Source of the DNA: Lobosporangium transversale
Taxonomy: Eukaryota
Assembly (NCBI RefSeq): GCF_002105155.1
Contig: NW_019028990.1
Span: 1 to 64,000 of the forward strand
Direction: 5' to 3'
DNA: 64,000 bases
Shown: positions 48,440-63,033 of the stretch, piece after piece
Position numbering within the stretch: the stretch's first letter is position 1
How the letters are laid out: each line of letters starts with the position of its first letter
Program-made: the position numbers and the translations under genes
Notes under the pieces: model-generated
Database searches by the model: none
Seen by the model: only the letters and a program-made list of their open reading frames with translations
Told to the model about the DNA's origin: nothing

Positions 48440-51400
48440 AGTAAAGATTTTAACAAACTATTTCTTAATACCGTTATCATAGTACAAGCCAAAAGCTGGA
48501 GCAAGAGCGAAACGTGTGTTCGCTACAGATCCATCCACCCCTTCACCTTCTCAGGGACAGGTTGGAGGTATGCCCCCTATTCCTCAACCTGGTGTGAACA
48601 CGTTTGATACTCAGCAGCAACCATATGGAGCACAGAACTTTGGACAACCACCACCAATGAACCAAGGGTATCCTCAACAACAACAGCAACAGCCACAGCC
48701 GCCATCGGGATCATATCAGCAACAACCACCAGCACCTTATCAACCTCAACAACCAATGACTCAGCAGCAGTTTAGACCGCAGCCACCAGTCCAACCTGGC
48801 TCAAGATCAAGGATTGATCCGGATCAGATCCCATCGCCTGTCGCTGTTCAAGAGGCGGACCAAGCAGAATGGGATGACAAACCATTTATCACTTCGACTA
48901 GGACGCATGTCACTCCACTTGCAAGCTCAGACTTTATGGCAATCGATGAAGGTAATAGCTTTTCTTTATTACTAATATTCATTTTGCAACAATTTTGAGC
49001 TTATGTCCTCACACAATTTAAATACATGTCTAATGGGTCACATCTCACTGGATGTAGGCAATTGTAATCCTCGATTCCTTAGGATGACAACATACAATGT
49101 CCCTAACACCGAAGACCTTCTCAATTTGTCCCAGTTGCCCATGGGACTTGTCATTCAACCCTTAGCCAAGCTCCGTGCAGACGAGGTAAATTACTATTAT
49201 TGTTATTATTATTATTATTATTGTTAAAGACCAAAGCAGAATTAAGAGCGTACTTGTTATCTAATTATTTTTTTTTTCTTCTGAAGGCACCTATTGACAC
49301 TGTAGATTTCGGTGACCAAGGACCTGCCAGATGCCGTCGCTGCAATGCATACATCAATCCGTTCATGATTTTCACCAATGGCGGCCAACGATTTGTGTGC
49401 AACATGTGTTTGTTTGAGAATGATGTTGAATCCAATTACTTTTGTAACTTGGATATGAATGGTCGTCGTCTTGATTTGGATCAGCGACCTGAATTGAGGA
49501 ATGGCACCATTGAATTTGCAGTACCCAAGGAGTACTGGAATAAAACACCTGCACCTGCGGCATATGTGTTTGCGATTGATGTCTCTTGGAGCGCTATCCA
49601 GAGTGGGATGTTGCTGCAGTGCGTTGATGGTATTAAGAGGGCTATTTGGGATGAAAATGGTCTTTCGAGGTTAGCACCTGGGGCACAGATCAGTATCTTG
49701 ACGTTTGATAAGACTGTTCATTTTTACAATATTTCGGTAAGTTTTTCTTTACATGTCCATTCTTTTCGTTCTCAAAGGATTGTTCAAAGTTGATAGCTAA
49801 TGATTCCTGTATAAATTTGGCTATTGTGATTCTTTTAGCCAAGCTTAGAGCAGGCTCAGATGATGATTGTTCCTGATGTCAATGATGTCTTTGTGCCCCT
49901 GAGTAATGGATTCCTGGTTGATCCCGCCACTTCAAAGTAAGTAAAAAAAAAAAAAAAAAAAAAAAAAGAACCTTCCATAATCAATGTGATAAACTCAACA
50001 GTTTTTTTTTTTTTTTTTTTTTTTTTTTGGATTTTGCGCTGTAAATAGGACCATTGTGGAATCGTTGTTGGATATGCTTCCTCAATTGTTTGCAGAAAAT
50101 AAGACTACAGAGCCAGTGATTGGCGCAGTTGTGCAGGCGGTCCAAGCAGCGCTGGAGAGCCGTGGAGGCAAACTAATTGTGTTCCAAACTGCATTGCCAA
50201 CATTCGGACCAGGGGCACTGAAGCACCGCGATGATTCAAAGGTTTATGGCACCGATAAGGAGCGCACGTTATTTGCACCTCAAGATGATTTTTACAAAAA
50301 GCTGGGTGAATCTTGCGTGGAGGCAGGCCTGTCTGTTGATCTATTCCTGTTCCCGAATGCATATGTGGATGTGGCTTCTGTAGGATGCCTGTCAAGCATC
50401 ACGGGTGGAGAAACGCAATTGTTCCCCAACTTTAACGCGGCCCGAGATGGCGAGAAGTTGAAGGGCAATATAATCAAGATTTTGGGACGGCCATTTGGAT
50501 ACAATGCATTGTTACGTGTTCGTTGCTCAACGGGACTGAGGATTACGGAACATTTTGGAAACTTCCATATGAAGAACAGTACGGACCTAGAGATAGGAGG
50601 TCTAGATTCTGAAAAGGCCTTTGGAGTGCTTGTGAAGCATGATGGCAAGTTGGACGAGAAGACAGAGGTTAGTTTCCAGGTTGCGTTATTGTACACGACT
50701 GCGGATGGTTATAGAAGAGTAAGAGTCCATAATTTTAGCACACCAGTGACGACCTTGTTGGGCAATGTGTTCCGATGGGCAGATATGGATACTACGATCA
50801 ACTTCTTGAGCAAAGGAGGTAAAAAGAGATGATTTACAATCGATTCTTCATCGACGGTATACACGTACTTTTTCATTATCTTCCAAACCATTCTAAAGTG
50901 TCCTTTTTTTATTTTTATTCCACATAGCTATCTCGCAAGGGCTCACCAAACCATTGAATGAAGTACGCGATACCATGACGGATAAATGTGTCAAGATCCT
51001 GTCAGCCTACCGCAAGAACTGCGCTTCTTCCACTGCTCCGGGCCAATTGATCCTACCAGAGTCATTTAAGCTTTTCCCTGTATATTCATTAACGCTGCTC
51101 AAGTCCAAGTCACTTCGGGGTGGTAATGACATCAATAGTGATATTCGAGTACACCAAATGCGAATGCTCAAGAGTATGGGTGTCAGTGAATCAATCGCAT
51201 TCTTGTATCCTCGTATGATTCCTGTTCATGAAATGGATGAGAAGGTAAAGAGCAGGAAGAAGCTACATCTAAAGTGTTTAGTGAAGTGTTAATGGAAGCT
51301 AATCTCAACTTTTTTTTTTTTTTGTTCATTTCAAAAGGTTGGCGTGAAGAATCTGACAACCGGTCGGGTGTACCTTCCTCCATTGATCCGAGTGTCTTAT

Positions 51401-51935
51401 GCACGCTTAAATTCATCCGGAGCATATCTGCTTGAAAATGCACAATCATTGTACCTCTGGCTTGGTCGCGACATCAACCCTCAATTTTTACAGGATGTTT
51501 TTGGTGTTTCGACCTTGGATGAAGTTGATTCCAGCTTGGTAAGTTGGAGGACACATGCATACATTGTTCATTTATACTCTATATTTTTTTAAATATTTAT
51601 TGCTATGTGAAAAAGATAAAATGGTTAATTTTTTTTTCCCGTTTTATTTTCGTTTCTAACAGCAATATCTACCAGAGTTGAACAGCAGGACAAGTTCACA
51701 GCTTCGTACGATAGTATCGTACATGGACAGCCAGAGATCCAAGTATCTGAACCTGATTATTGTTCGTCAAGGCAGAGATCAGATCGAGCTAGAGTTCTCA
51801 AATTTGTTGATGGAAGACAAGAACAACGATGCGATGTCTTATGTCGATTACCTGTGTGCGATCCACCGTATGATCCAGACCGAGGTCTCTTCAAAACCCC
51901 AAGAACTCCCTACAAGACTTTGGACCACACGTTAG
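47384..51935 (+). CDS. SEC24: COPII coat subunit Sec24 (SEC24C/D, Sfb3-like); multi-exon
   Basis: P/Q-rich N-terminus; RIDPDQIPSP; RCRRCNAYINPF..CNMC zinc finger; RPEL..GTIEF; YVFAIDVS; GQLILPESFKL; SYVDYL..IHR. Confidence 0.93.
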
Positions 51936-54364
51936 AAACCAACTAAGCCAAATCAAACCAAGGCAAAACATATTGTGGACAAATTTTTTATAGATTTCAT
52001 GATTTCATGTTAGGAAAAAAAAAAAAAAAAAAAAAAAAAAAAGAATTATAATATTAGGCAGATTAAATATATTATTGCTGCTAATTGCTCATAAAGCGAT
52101 CCCATGCTATCATCAGATGTGCATCCGATGCTGCCCAAGTTTGACTCTGTGACTTAGGCTGCCAGGAGTGTAGTCAAACAGAGGGTCTAGATGCCATGTT
52201 TTTATTGCCAACAGCTGATGATGCTGCCCTTCGAGTCAACTCGTTCAAAAAACTTATAACTGCGTATGGGAAAGTGATGGGTCAATTCAACAGCTGCACT
52301 TGACCTGATCTTTATCCATTCAAAAACTCGCTGCAAACACATTGCCTAGGGCTCTCTTACACTTCATTTCGTTATAAGGGGTATTTGGAGAGCTAGAGAC
52401 CAAGCACTACCGATAAACGGTATCAACGAAGTCGATGTTCCGATCAGTGCTCCAATAATACCTGCGAATCCTGCTGAATTAGCGGCTAGAGAGGCCATCA
52501 GGACATCATGTGCGAAACACTTACGGATCCTTAGAGCTGAACTAGTTTATATACCGAGATCCATTGCCAATTCTCTTGATGGCTTCCTTTGACAAAGAAG
52601 CACCTCAGTGTTATCGCGAAATGACTAAGGGACAATGGCTTGAAAATAACTATAGTGGGTGCTGATACAACGTAGAACATAATGCTTTGGATAATGTGGA
52701 GTGAATTAAATTAAAGGTAATCCTAATCCATGGATAGCAATGGACTTTTATTCCCAAGTGGAAAAAAAAGAGTAAATAATCAGTTTGACCAAACTTGATC
52801 CATTGCCTTTTACATGACACTGGCGCTATATAAAGTGAAGCAAAGGCCAATGAAGAGAATGAGACCAATCAATGACAAGTGCTTTTCAATGTAATGGAAT
52901 GAGGATGGCGTGTTTAATGTGTCATAGCGGGAAATAGCCTTTGTGAAGGGAAGGACAACGTGGTGGCAAGTGAGCGGATTAAGTTTGCGTAACCTGTTAA
53001 GTTATAATTTTTTGTGCTACATTCATGTAAAAGACATTAACAAGAATCTTAATATTTTTATTATATTTTATTTTTTCGTCAGGCCCCTTCACGTAGTTTT
53101 GCAGAAGCCGCTTGATGCATTTGACCCGTTTGTCGCAGATGGGTTACTGCAGCATACACACGAATGCTTGTTGACGATCAGTGTACCAATGGACTAACTC
53201 AGCGACTGTACGTATCCAAAGCTGTGGGGCGGCATGTGGTGATCTATTTGGTAAAGCATTCATGTGCTTTTGATCGAGAACCATCAGCTGGGGAGAAGAA
53301 ACAAGTATAAAAAAAAAAAAATAAAAAAAAAAAAAAAAACTTAGGGTTATCGTAGAGTACGCGTGTAGTTCATTGCATTGTGACATTTTATAGAGCATGG
53401 CTATCGTTTCTTACAAATTGATCCAGTGATTGTACATATCCAAGGCTGCGCGAGGCTATGTGGTGATCTATTCGGCAAAGCGCTCATGTGCTTCTGGTTA
53501 AGAACCATCAGTTGGGAAGGTCTGGTGGAGCAGGTCTGGTGGGGCAGTTAATTCACACCCCACCAGAGGGCCTATGCCTGTGAGTTACGGAGGATAGGGC
53601 GTTCGACCGTGAACACAACTGAAAGTACCGATCGTGGTAACTGGAATTAGTCTGGGCGATGGAGAACCATACCGCTGCTTGTAGAGCAGCGGTGCATTAT
53701 ACTTGTCAATTCTGCCAGAGAACGTACTTTTTCTTTATTTTTTTTTCTTTTATTTCATTATTTCATCTATTTCATACTTAATAAAACAGTTATACCATAA
53801 TCAACATCAGTCATTACCACTGGTTGCCTGGTCAGGCATAGTATAAGAGTATCTGGCTAGTTATGTTTATTTATATATTTATTTGCGCTCAAGCTGACTT
53901 ATCTTATTATATGGGATGTACAGAACACGGATATGGTAAGGGTCCACGAGCCACTTATCCTGCTAGAAGGTCTAACGCTTTCGGAAGAAAGAAAAACGCG
54001 GTAGGAACCATAGGCAGACTTCCGAAGCCGGAATTGATTCAGTTGCCCTGATAGAACTCCTTGGAACTTAACAGAACTTTTAAAACAAGGAATGGTCAAA
54101 CCGGAAAGTGTGTAATATCACCCTGACATAAACTAAACCCTATGCTTTAATGTATAGCATTTGTGCCAAATGCATGGCGCCTCAACCTAAAGGCAGGGCT
54201 GGTATCTGTTGGTTTGCGTCATAAGTTGACCAGCAATGCCGGTATCACAAGTTAAGTGTAGCTCTCAATGTGAATATGCAGCACTTTTGGGGACTAAGAA
54301 GCAAATGGCTCAACAAGCCATCTCGAGCCCTCAGCGGACCACTTTCGCCGTTGCTGGGGACCCT

Positions 54365-54421
54365 CGGGTGCTACTTGATTAATCGGGTGCTACTTGGTTA
54401 ATCGGACGCTGCTGGATTTAT
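54365..54421. repeat. 19-bp tandem repeat (CGGGTGCTACTTG.TTAAT), about 3 copies
   Basis: Two near-perfect copies and one degenerate copy. Confidence 0.7.
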
Positions 54422-56281
54422 TGAATTTGGATTGTTGCTTGTACTAGAAATCCTGCCTTAACTGGAACAATATACCATATAAATGACTGTTAACCGCAAC
54501 ACGCTTCGAACGATCCACTCATTGTAAAGTTTCTAGCACCTTATACTGGATGATTGATAACACACTGAGGCTTATTCGATAATTGACACACGGCTTGAAG
54601 ATTCAGTTCTAAGAAGCCCTTAGCATTTTCCCATTCCGTACATGTGATGTTATTAGGTAAGGCAGCTTCAAGGCAACTATCATTTACATTCAAGCGACCC
54701 AGCCTTTCTCTTTAATAATGCTCAAGCTACATAACTGCTAGTAAACTAAAAATAAACCTTTCTTTTTCTTACAGGTGTGGTTGCCAAGAGAAGAATGAGA
54801 CATGAATGTAAGCTCGCCTAGAAGAACTCAAGCATAAAAAAAGGTATCAACCCGCAGAGACTCCAAGGTGTGCATCTACTACAACTTTTCTTTACCGAGA
54901 GATGCAGGAACTTGAAAATATATGGCATTGTTAGATAGAAAAAGGACGAAGTAAATAAATATTTGTATATTATTTTTAATATTGCCTAGAAAAATTTTCC
55001 ATTCAAGATAACGTGTCATCCATGGGCCATACTATGGCCTCGAACTGCCACTGACATTAATAATAAAGGCAGATCACTTTCTCTGTTGAAAACAAAAACA
55101 GACCATGTATATGACTTTGAATGCCATACTCATTCACTAGTTGATTGCTACGACTACTATTCTCTCTAGCTTCAGCAACAAAAACCTCAACGAACAATTC
55201 CAGGAGTTGTCCTTCATGTCCAGAAAGTGATACGTATTCATACTTTTTTTTTTTTTCTTTTTTCTTTTCTTTTTTTTATTAGACTTATTAGATTGCTGTC
55301 ATCCATACCCAGCCCTCCATGCACAAGAAAGTCAAACTCTGCTGGTCAAGGCTGAACTCTATCATGTCTTTCATCTCTGGAAGCTTACATAAGCTTAATT
55401 CAGTCTTCTTCACGTTCGTCCTTGTCACTACAATCAAATGTAAGAGAGTAGAGAGTAATCGGGAGAAACAACTCTCTATCCAGCGCTATATTGCAGTTGA
55501 GTCAATCTCCTTTTCCCCACTAGAATATATTATACATTTAAACAAGCCATTGGCGATCCTGTTTGCGCCGTCAGTTATACGACAGGGATAGTAACTCGAA
55601 GAAAAGTTGTACCTGTAGCTTCTGGAGAAAGTCTCTTACCCACCTCCACTCAGGATTTTCATTTCTAATCGCGCGTAGGCTCGCTCAGAATGCATCGGTT
55701 GCTAAACCATGGTCCTTGAACTCAAAGTGATTATAAAACACATTGGCTCAGCCCCAGAGAGGGTCATATGGTTGTCCATCAGTAACATGTTTTTGTTGGA
55801 TGAAATAATGTTGTGTTGTTCGAAGTTGTGAATACATTTCTGGTTGTCATGTCAAAAAAGAGAGTGTTCTAAAATGCAAATATGCCTCGTGACAAAAGTG
55901 ATTTTGAAGAAGATATAAAAGTCCTTTTTCTATTACACAATAAAGATCCTCATTCTTTGTTCTTGTCTCGTTATTTTCAAGTTCGCTCACCAATAAAAAA
56001 CTATGACTCAATACTCTCCCTCTGACTTGACTGAACTCGGTATGATACCTCAACATAATTGCAGCATAATAGAGTGATATAGTATATGAATGTGGTTCTT
56101 GTCTGTAAGAGTGCAGGAGTAAACTGCCTCTGTAAAAAAAAAAAAAAAAAAAAAAAAAAGAAAAGAAAATTAGAAAACTCAGCTTGGAAGCTTCCTGTAA
56201 TCATTGTCTGCACCTTACTTGTTCACTCCAACTAACATACCAACACTCTATTGTTGTTATGGCCGATGCTCAGGCAATATT

Positions 56282-57290
56282 ATGAATATAGTCTTGCAAG
56301 ACCACGCAGTAGTTTTTGACGAAGACGACTTTGAGCACATGTTCTTTGCTGTAAATACCACCCTTTATTCATTATCGTCTGTTCTTTTCATACTCTGCTC
56401 AAATAACCTCTCCCTCTTGTGTCTAAGTCTGTTGACACTAAGCGCTTGTTATGATAAATAACCATTCTATTTCAGTCATATCACGCACAGCGGTATGTTT
56501 GTCCTATCACCCATTTCATCGCAGCCCGGCACACGGTTGTTGAAGTGGAGGATGTTAGTGCGGGTCTCATGGATAAGGCAAGCTTCAGAAAATTACAAAA
56601 TATCATAAACCAAAAAGGGAAATAAAAAGAATGCGCTCCCCAGACAAATAAATGCACAGGTGTCACATTGTTTATCCTAACGGATGGCTTCTTTTTATCT
56701 TGTTACAATCCTCTCTTGGCAATTGGTATTGTCTAACTTATACAGCAAGGCATCACTTGGCGAGAAGGAAATCTCGGAAGAGGTGCTTATCGCAACTTCA
56801 GAAATCGGTAAGTCCATCATTCAATATAGTAAAAAAATAAAAAAAATTAGTGATAAGTAAAATCACAGCTGAAGGTATTCATATCTTTTTTTCTTCTTCT
56901 TCTCAAAAGCGTCTATTCGTCTCCATACTATGGTGGTGACTCTAGCACGCTCCACGAGGTATGTTTGATAACCCTGCACACATTGATTCATTATTCAGGA
57001 TTTAGTTTTTATATAGACATGCTTTCTGCATTTGCGAGTTAACTCCTAATTAACTTTATTCTCGTAGAACCGAGAGGAGTTAGATTACACAGACAACGAA
57101 TATTACCGATTCCGATACACAGATACAGCATTCCATTGCAGCCACCGACATCCTCAACTACGGAACTTGGTTTGCGCTACAAGCAAAAATGATGTCTATT
57201 ATTTATGTAATAGTGACCTTGCTCAACATATGATCGGCAGTTGTTTTTCATTTCTGCTTGAAATCATGAACCACACCACTTATAAAATAC

Positions 57291-57321
<31 letters not shown>

Positions 57322-58688
57322 GCGGTTCTCCAGACAATAACACAATTCAGCATTGGTGCCCGCAGCTCAGGACGTCAAAAACCATTCTCGGTCATCCACT
57401 CAAGTTACCACATTCATCGGTACCGAGGAGGATCACCACCATGGCCGCTAAAGATGACTTGTTGTTGGTCGGAGGCGAGGACGGCTCATATACTTTTATG
57501 AATCTTCAAACTTGTGCAGCACCAGTTCATGATTCGTTCACTAATGGCAAGCATACTGAGGTGAATGGGATTGAAATATCATATTCGAGGGCTGGAGGTA
57601 CGTTTGATATATTACTTTTTGTTCAACTCTTTCTTTCGTTCTTTATTTTTATTTTTATTTTTATTTTTATTTTTAATCTTTTCTTAAGTTATTGGTCCTT
57701 TATAATATATTTTAGGTCCACATGCGTTCATCTCGACAAATGATGCTCTTGTGCGATGCATAGACATGAAGCCGTTATCTATTTGCGCAACGTATCCGAC
57801 AGGATGGTTTGCTAATGTAGGGTTTACTTTTCCTATGGAACAAACAGGAGCATTGCTTATTACACTTGTAAGGGCTCACCATTTCCTTTTCTTATTTTCT
57901 TCTTCTATCCAGTATACTTCGCAAAGTCCAGATGGACATATGATTGGCATTGTTGGCGATGACCCGGATGGCCTAGTTATGAGTGTCAACTCTAGGGAAA
58001 AGATTGCTACACTCAAAGGCCACCAGCGATATTCATTTTCGGTGGCATGGTCACCAGACTCGACTATGTTGGCGACGGGGAGTGACGACTTTTCAACTTG
58101 TATCTACGATACACGGATGATGGAGAATCCAGTCCACACCTTGAGTCGTGAAGTCAAAGACTCTATCCGATCTTTGCGTTACTCTGCCTGTGGACGGTAT
58201 CTAGTTATGGCCGGTAAAGTTAGATTAAGCCACGACAGTAACAACTTTTTTTTTTTTTTTTTTTTTTTTTTCATTGTAAACCTTTCACAGAGAATTGTTT
58301 GTCCTTATTTTTTTATTTTATTTTATTTATACATCTATATACTATATACGCTAATATTACTATAGAGGACAGCGATTTTGTTCATATCGTTGATACAACA
58401 AGTGGTTACTCAAAGGCACAAAAAATCGACCTTGTGGGCGATATTTCAGGAATTAGTCTAACGCCTGATGGAGATGGGCTTTTTGTAGGCGTATCCAACG
58501 TATCCACAGCGTTTGATTTCTCGTATGTTTTTCCTTACAATTTTTTTCCATAATGCTCTTGCAAGAGATGAACGGCTTGAGCTTACTTTTCCTTAACTTT
58601 ACTTTTTAGATCTGTTCTTGAGTTTGAAAAGCTTTACAGAGTGCCTGACAAGCTAATAGATGAAGATCACTGGGCTTCATGGCTCTGA
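56282..58688 (+). CDS. WD40-repeat protein (DUF2415-like); many short exons, start approximate
   Basis: QGITW..YRNFR; HPQLRNLVCATSKNDVYY; LKGHQRYSFSVAWSPD..LATGSDD..IYDTR; IRSLRYS; EDSDFVHIVD; GDISGISLTPDG. Confidence 0.8.
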
Positions 58689-58837
58689 ACCACCGTTTTT
58701 TCATTCTTATTATTGTAACAATAAAAAAAAAATATTTATCCGCCTTTTTTTATATATATTTAAAAAAAATATTTAAAAATCTTCTAGTAAAGAGTGTAAA
58801 AAAATTGAACTGTAATGCTCAATAATGGACTTGTACC

Positions 58838-59081
58838 TCAGAACAAGAAACTAGCGGCAATGTCCACGTTGCCTCCTGCAGCATCTAAGGCTGCAACAAC
58901 TTCAGAACGTGAGGCACCGAGCGCCATCAATGACTGAATGTGTTCCTCCGGGTATCTTCCTATAAGGCCAGAATTGAATAGTAATGGTATTGCAATAGTC
59001 AGATCAAGAAGGGCAAACTTAGTCATAAGACCTTATTACTGATTCATACTCTTTTTTCTCCCTTGTCTCTTACCTGTGGCG

Positions 59082-59112
<31 letters not shown>

Positions 59113-59718
59113 CTGTTGCTGCTGTTGCTGCTGTTGGGGCCGCAGCAGACGTCGGTATCTGAGTAGAAGGTGGATTGATGGGCGCACTAGCCCCAGCAGA
59201 TGTCTCTGTCCTTGATGAGACAGGAGTTGTATCCGCACGTGTCGATGTACCGGACGCAGCTGAATACGAAGTCGCCTGAGCTCCTCCAAGTTTGCCAACA
59301 GTAGCTAATTCCTCAGGCGAGAGTTCTGGATTATCTTTTGCGCTGTTGGGCAGTTCGTGTTCCGATAAGAACCTGATCTCGGACTCGTTGATGATCAAGC
59401 AATTCTTCTTCAAATCAATACAGGCTTGATGTCGCTTCAACATATCCAATCCAAAAAGCAGGTCCACGCCTTTCCCTTCCATAATAGTGAATGAACATGC
59501 CAAGAATTGATCCCTTCCAACACGGATTTGGGCACTGTGCACGCGTCCTAAAATCTTGGCAACACCAACACCACGTGCAATACCTGCGAAACGCGTGTCA
59601 ACAAGTCGCATGATTCCACATGCCTCTGCGCACTCTGGGCTCACTAAAATTGAGCGTTGTCAAAATAGGGGCAAAAAAAAAAGTCAAAAATACCGTCCAC
59701 CTGGTGAAATATTGCCAT

Positions 59719-59756
<38 letters not shown>

Positions 59757-60909
59757 AGCCTTACTGATGGTAGCTTGAGCTCCAGAGTCAACGAATGCTT
59801 TGACAGGATGCCCATTGACTTCGGCATCAATATAAAGCATCGTAACTCGTCCAAATGACTCTGGATTGTATTCCATTGCAGCCTCCATATTCGCCGCCAC
59901 ATTTTCTAATCGAATCGCCTCCTCGATCCTCCTCTGTGCCTCCAAATCAAATGGGTCCGCGTTCAATTGGTTCTATTTTATATATAAAATAAACAAGTAA
60001 AAGCATAAAATAATCTGTTAAATATTTTGCTTTCATCTCACTTAACGAGAGTGCCTCCAGAATTAGAGGGCACTCGTTACTACTATATCTACATTGACAT
60101 TTATAAGGGATCAAAACATTACAATTTCTTGAAGTCGGGCCATTTCTGCACTACGACGCTGAACATCCAATTCCCGTATCATTTCATGAAACCTATTGGG
60201 ATTGTTTTGCGCGGCATCTGCAAGCTCTGGTTGTGTCTATACCGTGAGCATTTGTGTGTGGGAGAGAGAGAGAGAGATAGAGAAAGAAAAGATTGTAAAT
60301 ATCTTATATATTAGTTGACTAGTTTATTATAGTTGTAATTATTATTCTTTTTTTTTTCTTTTTTTCCTTTTCATGTTATGCATTATTACCTCACGCAATT
60401 GTCGGAGCATGCTTGGATTACTAATGACATGCTGACGAATTTGTTCTGCGTTATGAGGATCTCCACCTCCCTGAGCTATCTGTCCTGGATGAACAGAGGG
60501 CCCAGCTCCGGAACCAGTGTTGATCGCTGCAATGTTGGTGCGTTGCTTCTTGGAACGTCTTTGAAGGGTCAGGATGTCGTCTGGGGCAATGCTGTTAGCC
60601 TCCAACGTTGATTTAGGATCTTGTAATTCGATATTGTTGTGCAAAAGAACTTGTTCATCCGCTGGGATATTACACTATACAGCATTAATAGGTTATGAAT
60701 AAAAAGAAAAAGAAAAAGAAAAAGAAAAAGAAATAAAGCAAAAGTTAGTTTTAACGAAGAAAACGAAGCAATAGTCAGTTTCTATTAAATGATAAAAATG
60801 GACTACACACGTCAGCTTCTAAAAGCGCCTTGATGTTTTCGAGTTCCATTTGTGAATCGACCTCGATGGTATGGATGTCGCCCTGGTCTGTGAGGATGGA
60901 AACACGCAT
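58838..60909 (-). CDS. DDI1: DNA damage-inducible protein 1 (UBL, retroviral-like aspartyl protease, UBA); multi-exon
   Basis: [77 protein letters not shown]. Confidence 0.95.
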
Positions 60910-61057
60910 TCTATTAAACTTGTTGGGGTTGTGGTGTAAGGACGAGTGTGCAAAAAAAAAAAACAAATGAGTGCGAGTGAGTGAAAGTGTGAGAGTATTG
61001 GTCAAGCGAACCAGAAAGAAAAATCACGTGATTTGAAATAGTAATTTAAATGGGGTG

Positions 61058-61780
61058 AATCTATTTGACAACCCGGGTTGTCACTCTTATTTGACAACCC
61101 CCCCCCCCAATTTAGCAGTCACACCGGCTTATTTGGCAACCCAAGGTCTTCAATTTTCACTTTTTTGTTATTTGACAACCCGGGTTGTCAAGAAAAGAAG
61201 AAAAATTGTCTTTTTCAACCTGTCACATGACAAGTCTTCACCCTCTTGCACTTATGGAGGGCCTTTCTCAGCTGGATTTCTAAAATGGTGGCAACACTCC
61301 GTTATCATGACTGTGGTTATAGCTTCTTCTGTCTCTCTTTTTTTTCCTTTCCGCGTCTTACGCATGCGCCATCAAGCGTCGCATAACCACTCCGAATTTT
61401 TGTATGCTTATATATCCAAAAACCCCTTAGTGCATGTTACCCGTATAGGCACATTTTCTATAAAGCAAACCCTTGTTTTAGAAATCAGTTGTAATAAAAA
61501 ACAACACCTCGTAACCAAAAAAAAAAGTTTGTTATTTGATGGAAGCTTTTAGATTGCTGGAGGGATTTCGTGTTGCTGAGGGATAGCAATAGAAACGATT
61601 TTCACATAATAATCTTGCCAATAAAAAAAGGGTTGTCAAATAACAGTGAGCTTGGGGTTGTCAAATTAGATATTTTACTATTTGGCAACCCGGGTTGTCA
61701 CGCAAAGAAAAAAAATTGAGAAAAATAATTAAGGGGGGGGTTGTCAAATAAGAGTGACAACCCGGGTTGTCAAATAGATT
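61058..61780. mobile_element. Non-autonomous TIR element (MITE) built on TGACAACCCGGGTTGTCA palindromes
   Basis: About 48-bp perfect [51 protein letters not shown]; several subterminal TTTGACAACCC motifs; no TSD seen. Confidence 0.8.
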
Positions 61781-63033
61781 AATTCGAAATCATTATATTC
61801 TTCATTCTTTTGCATACTCAACGTCTGGATCCTTCGTTCCATTTCTCAAAAGTAGAAAGTCTTTTTTTTACAGCACAGGAATGGAATCAAAGCCAACTTT
61901 AGGTGATCAATTGCTATTAGACTCAAGCTTAACAGCAACATCCGCAGCGCCTACGACGCTGGTATCTACTAATGTCTTATCAATGACGCCGGCTCCGGAT
62001 ATAGAAATAACCAGTATCATTACTACAACGATCATCACCACTGCTTGAGCGTCCCAGAGGACGTCCAAGGAAGGATCCTCCGCAGGTATTGCGACATTAG
62101 CCCAAAATGGCACGTCATTCCAGGTGATAAAGAGGCGACAAAAAGCTCCGTCCATCAAATGACTTATCGTGATGCAGATATCCTTATGGCTTGCACAATG
62201 TCAACAGCCATCGAAAAGCTCATGGAGGCCATCATGCTAGCACTATTGAAGTCTATAGGCTAGGCATATGCCAGGTGAACATTAAAGCAGGAGGACAGTA
62301 GACCACAGAACGAAGTCACACAGAAATATTTTATTCGACATGTTTGCCTTCGAGATTCGCTCTTGGAATGGCAGGGTCCTTTGCCTTCCTCCTTTGCTCG
62401 AAACTCTGTCGGGCTATCAAGCGCCCTCCAGTTAATGGATTTTTCTTGACTTGAAGATCTCTTTGGAAAAAATAATCCGTGGCAGAGAGAAGAATATTTA
62501 AAGGAAGTGGACGAAGTGGATCCAAACATCGTGATTAACATTCGTGCTGTACCAGAAACAAGGGTCACAGCAGAGATCATCCAATGAGCTGACTATTCGT
62601 CGATCACAAATCTTTATTCTGAAGCTGATTTCCCGCGTATAGATTTCTGAGGCTGGTTGTGCGATGCTGGCGAATTATACTTCAAAGCGTTGCATTTCAA
62701 ATACATCATGATCACCCTCTACTGACGGTACCCAGTTCATCAAAGGCATTAAAATCTACACACCAGTTGCATTTATCTCTGCAATTGACGGTCCAGCTAC
62801 CAGAGGACTCGACAGCGTCGGTAGAGAAAAGGAAGAAAGCGAGAAGCATAGATCTCTTATACACCAAAAAAAAAAAAAAAAAAAAAGTACGCGCTTCATT
62901 ATTCGATTGTAGGGGGGTGATACGTGGTCCATAGTCTCACAAAATTATATAAAACTCGACATTGTTGTTTCTCTGGCTTTCACTTTCGCCACTTGGCTAA
63001 TCACCTTTTTAATTCAGTCCTCTCTCTATAAAG

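Noticed and set aside
53560..53700. Possible 5S rRNA or tRNA-like sequence
   Set aside because: I could not match conserved boxes or a cloverleaf
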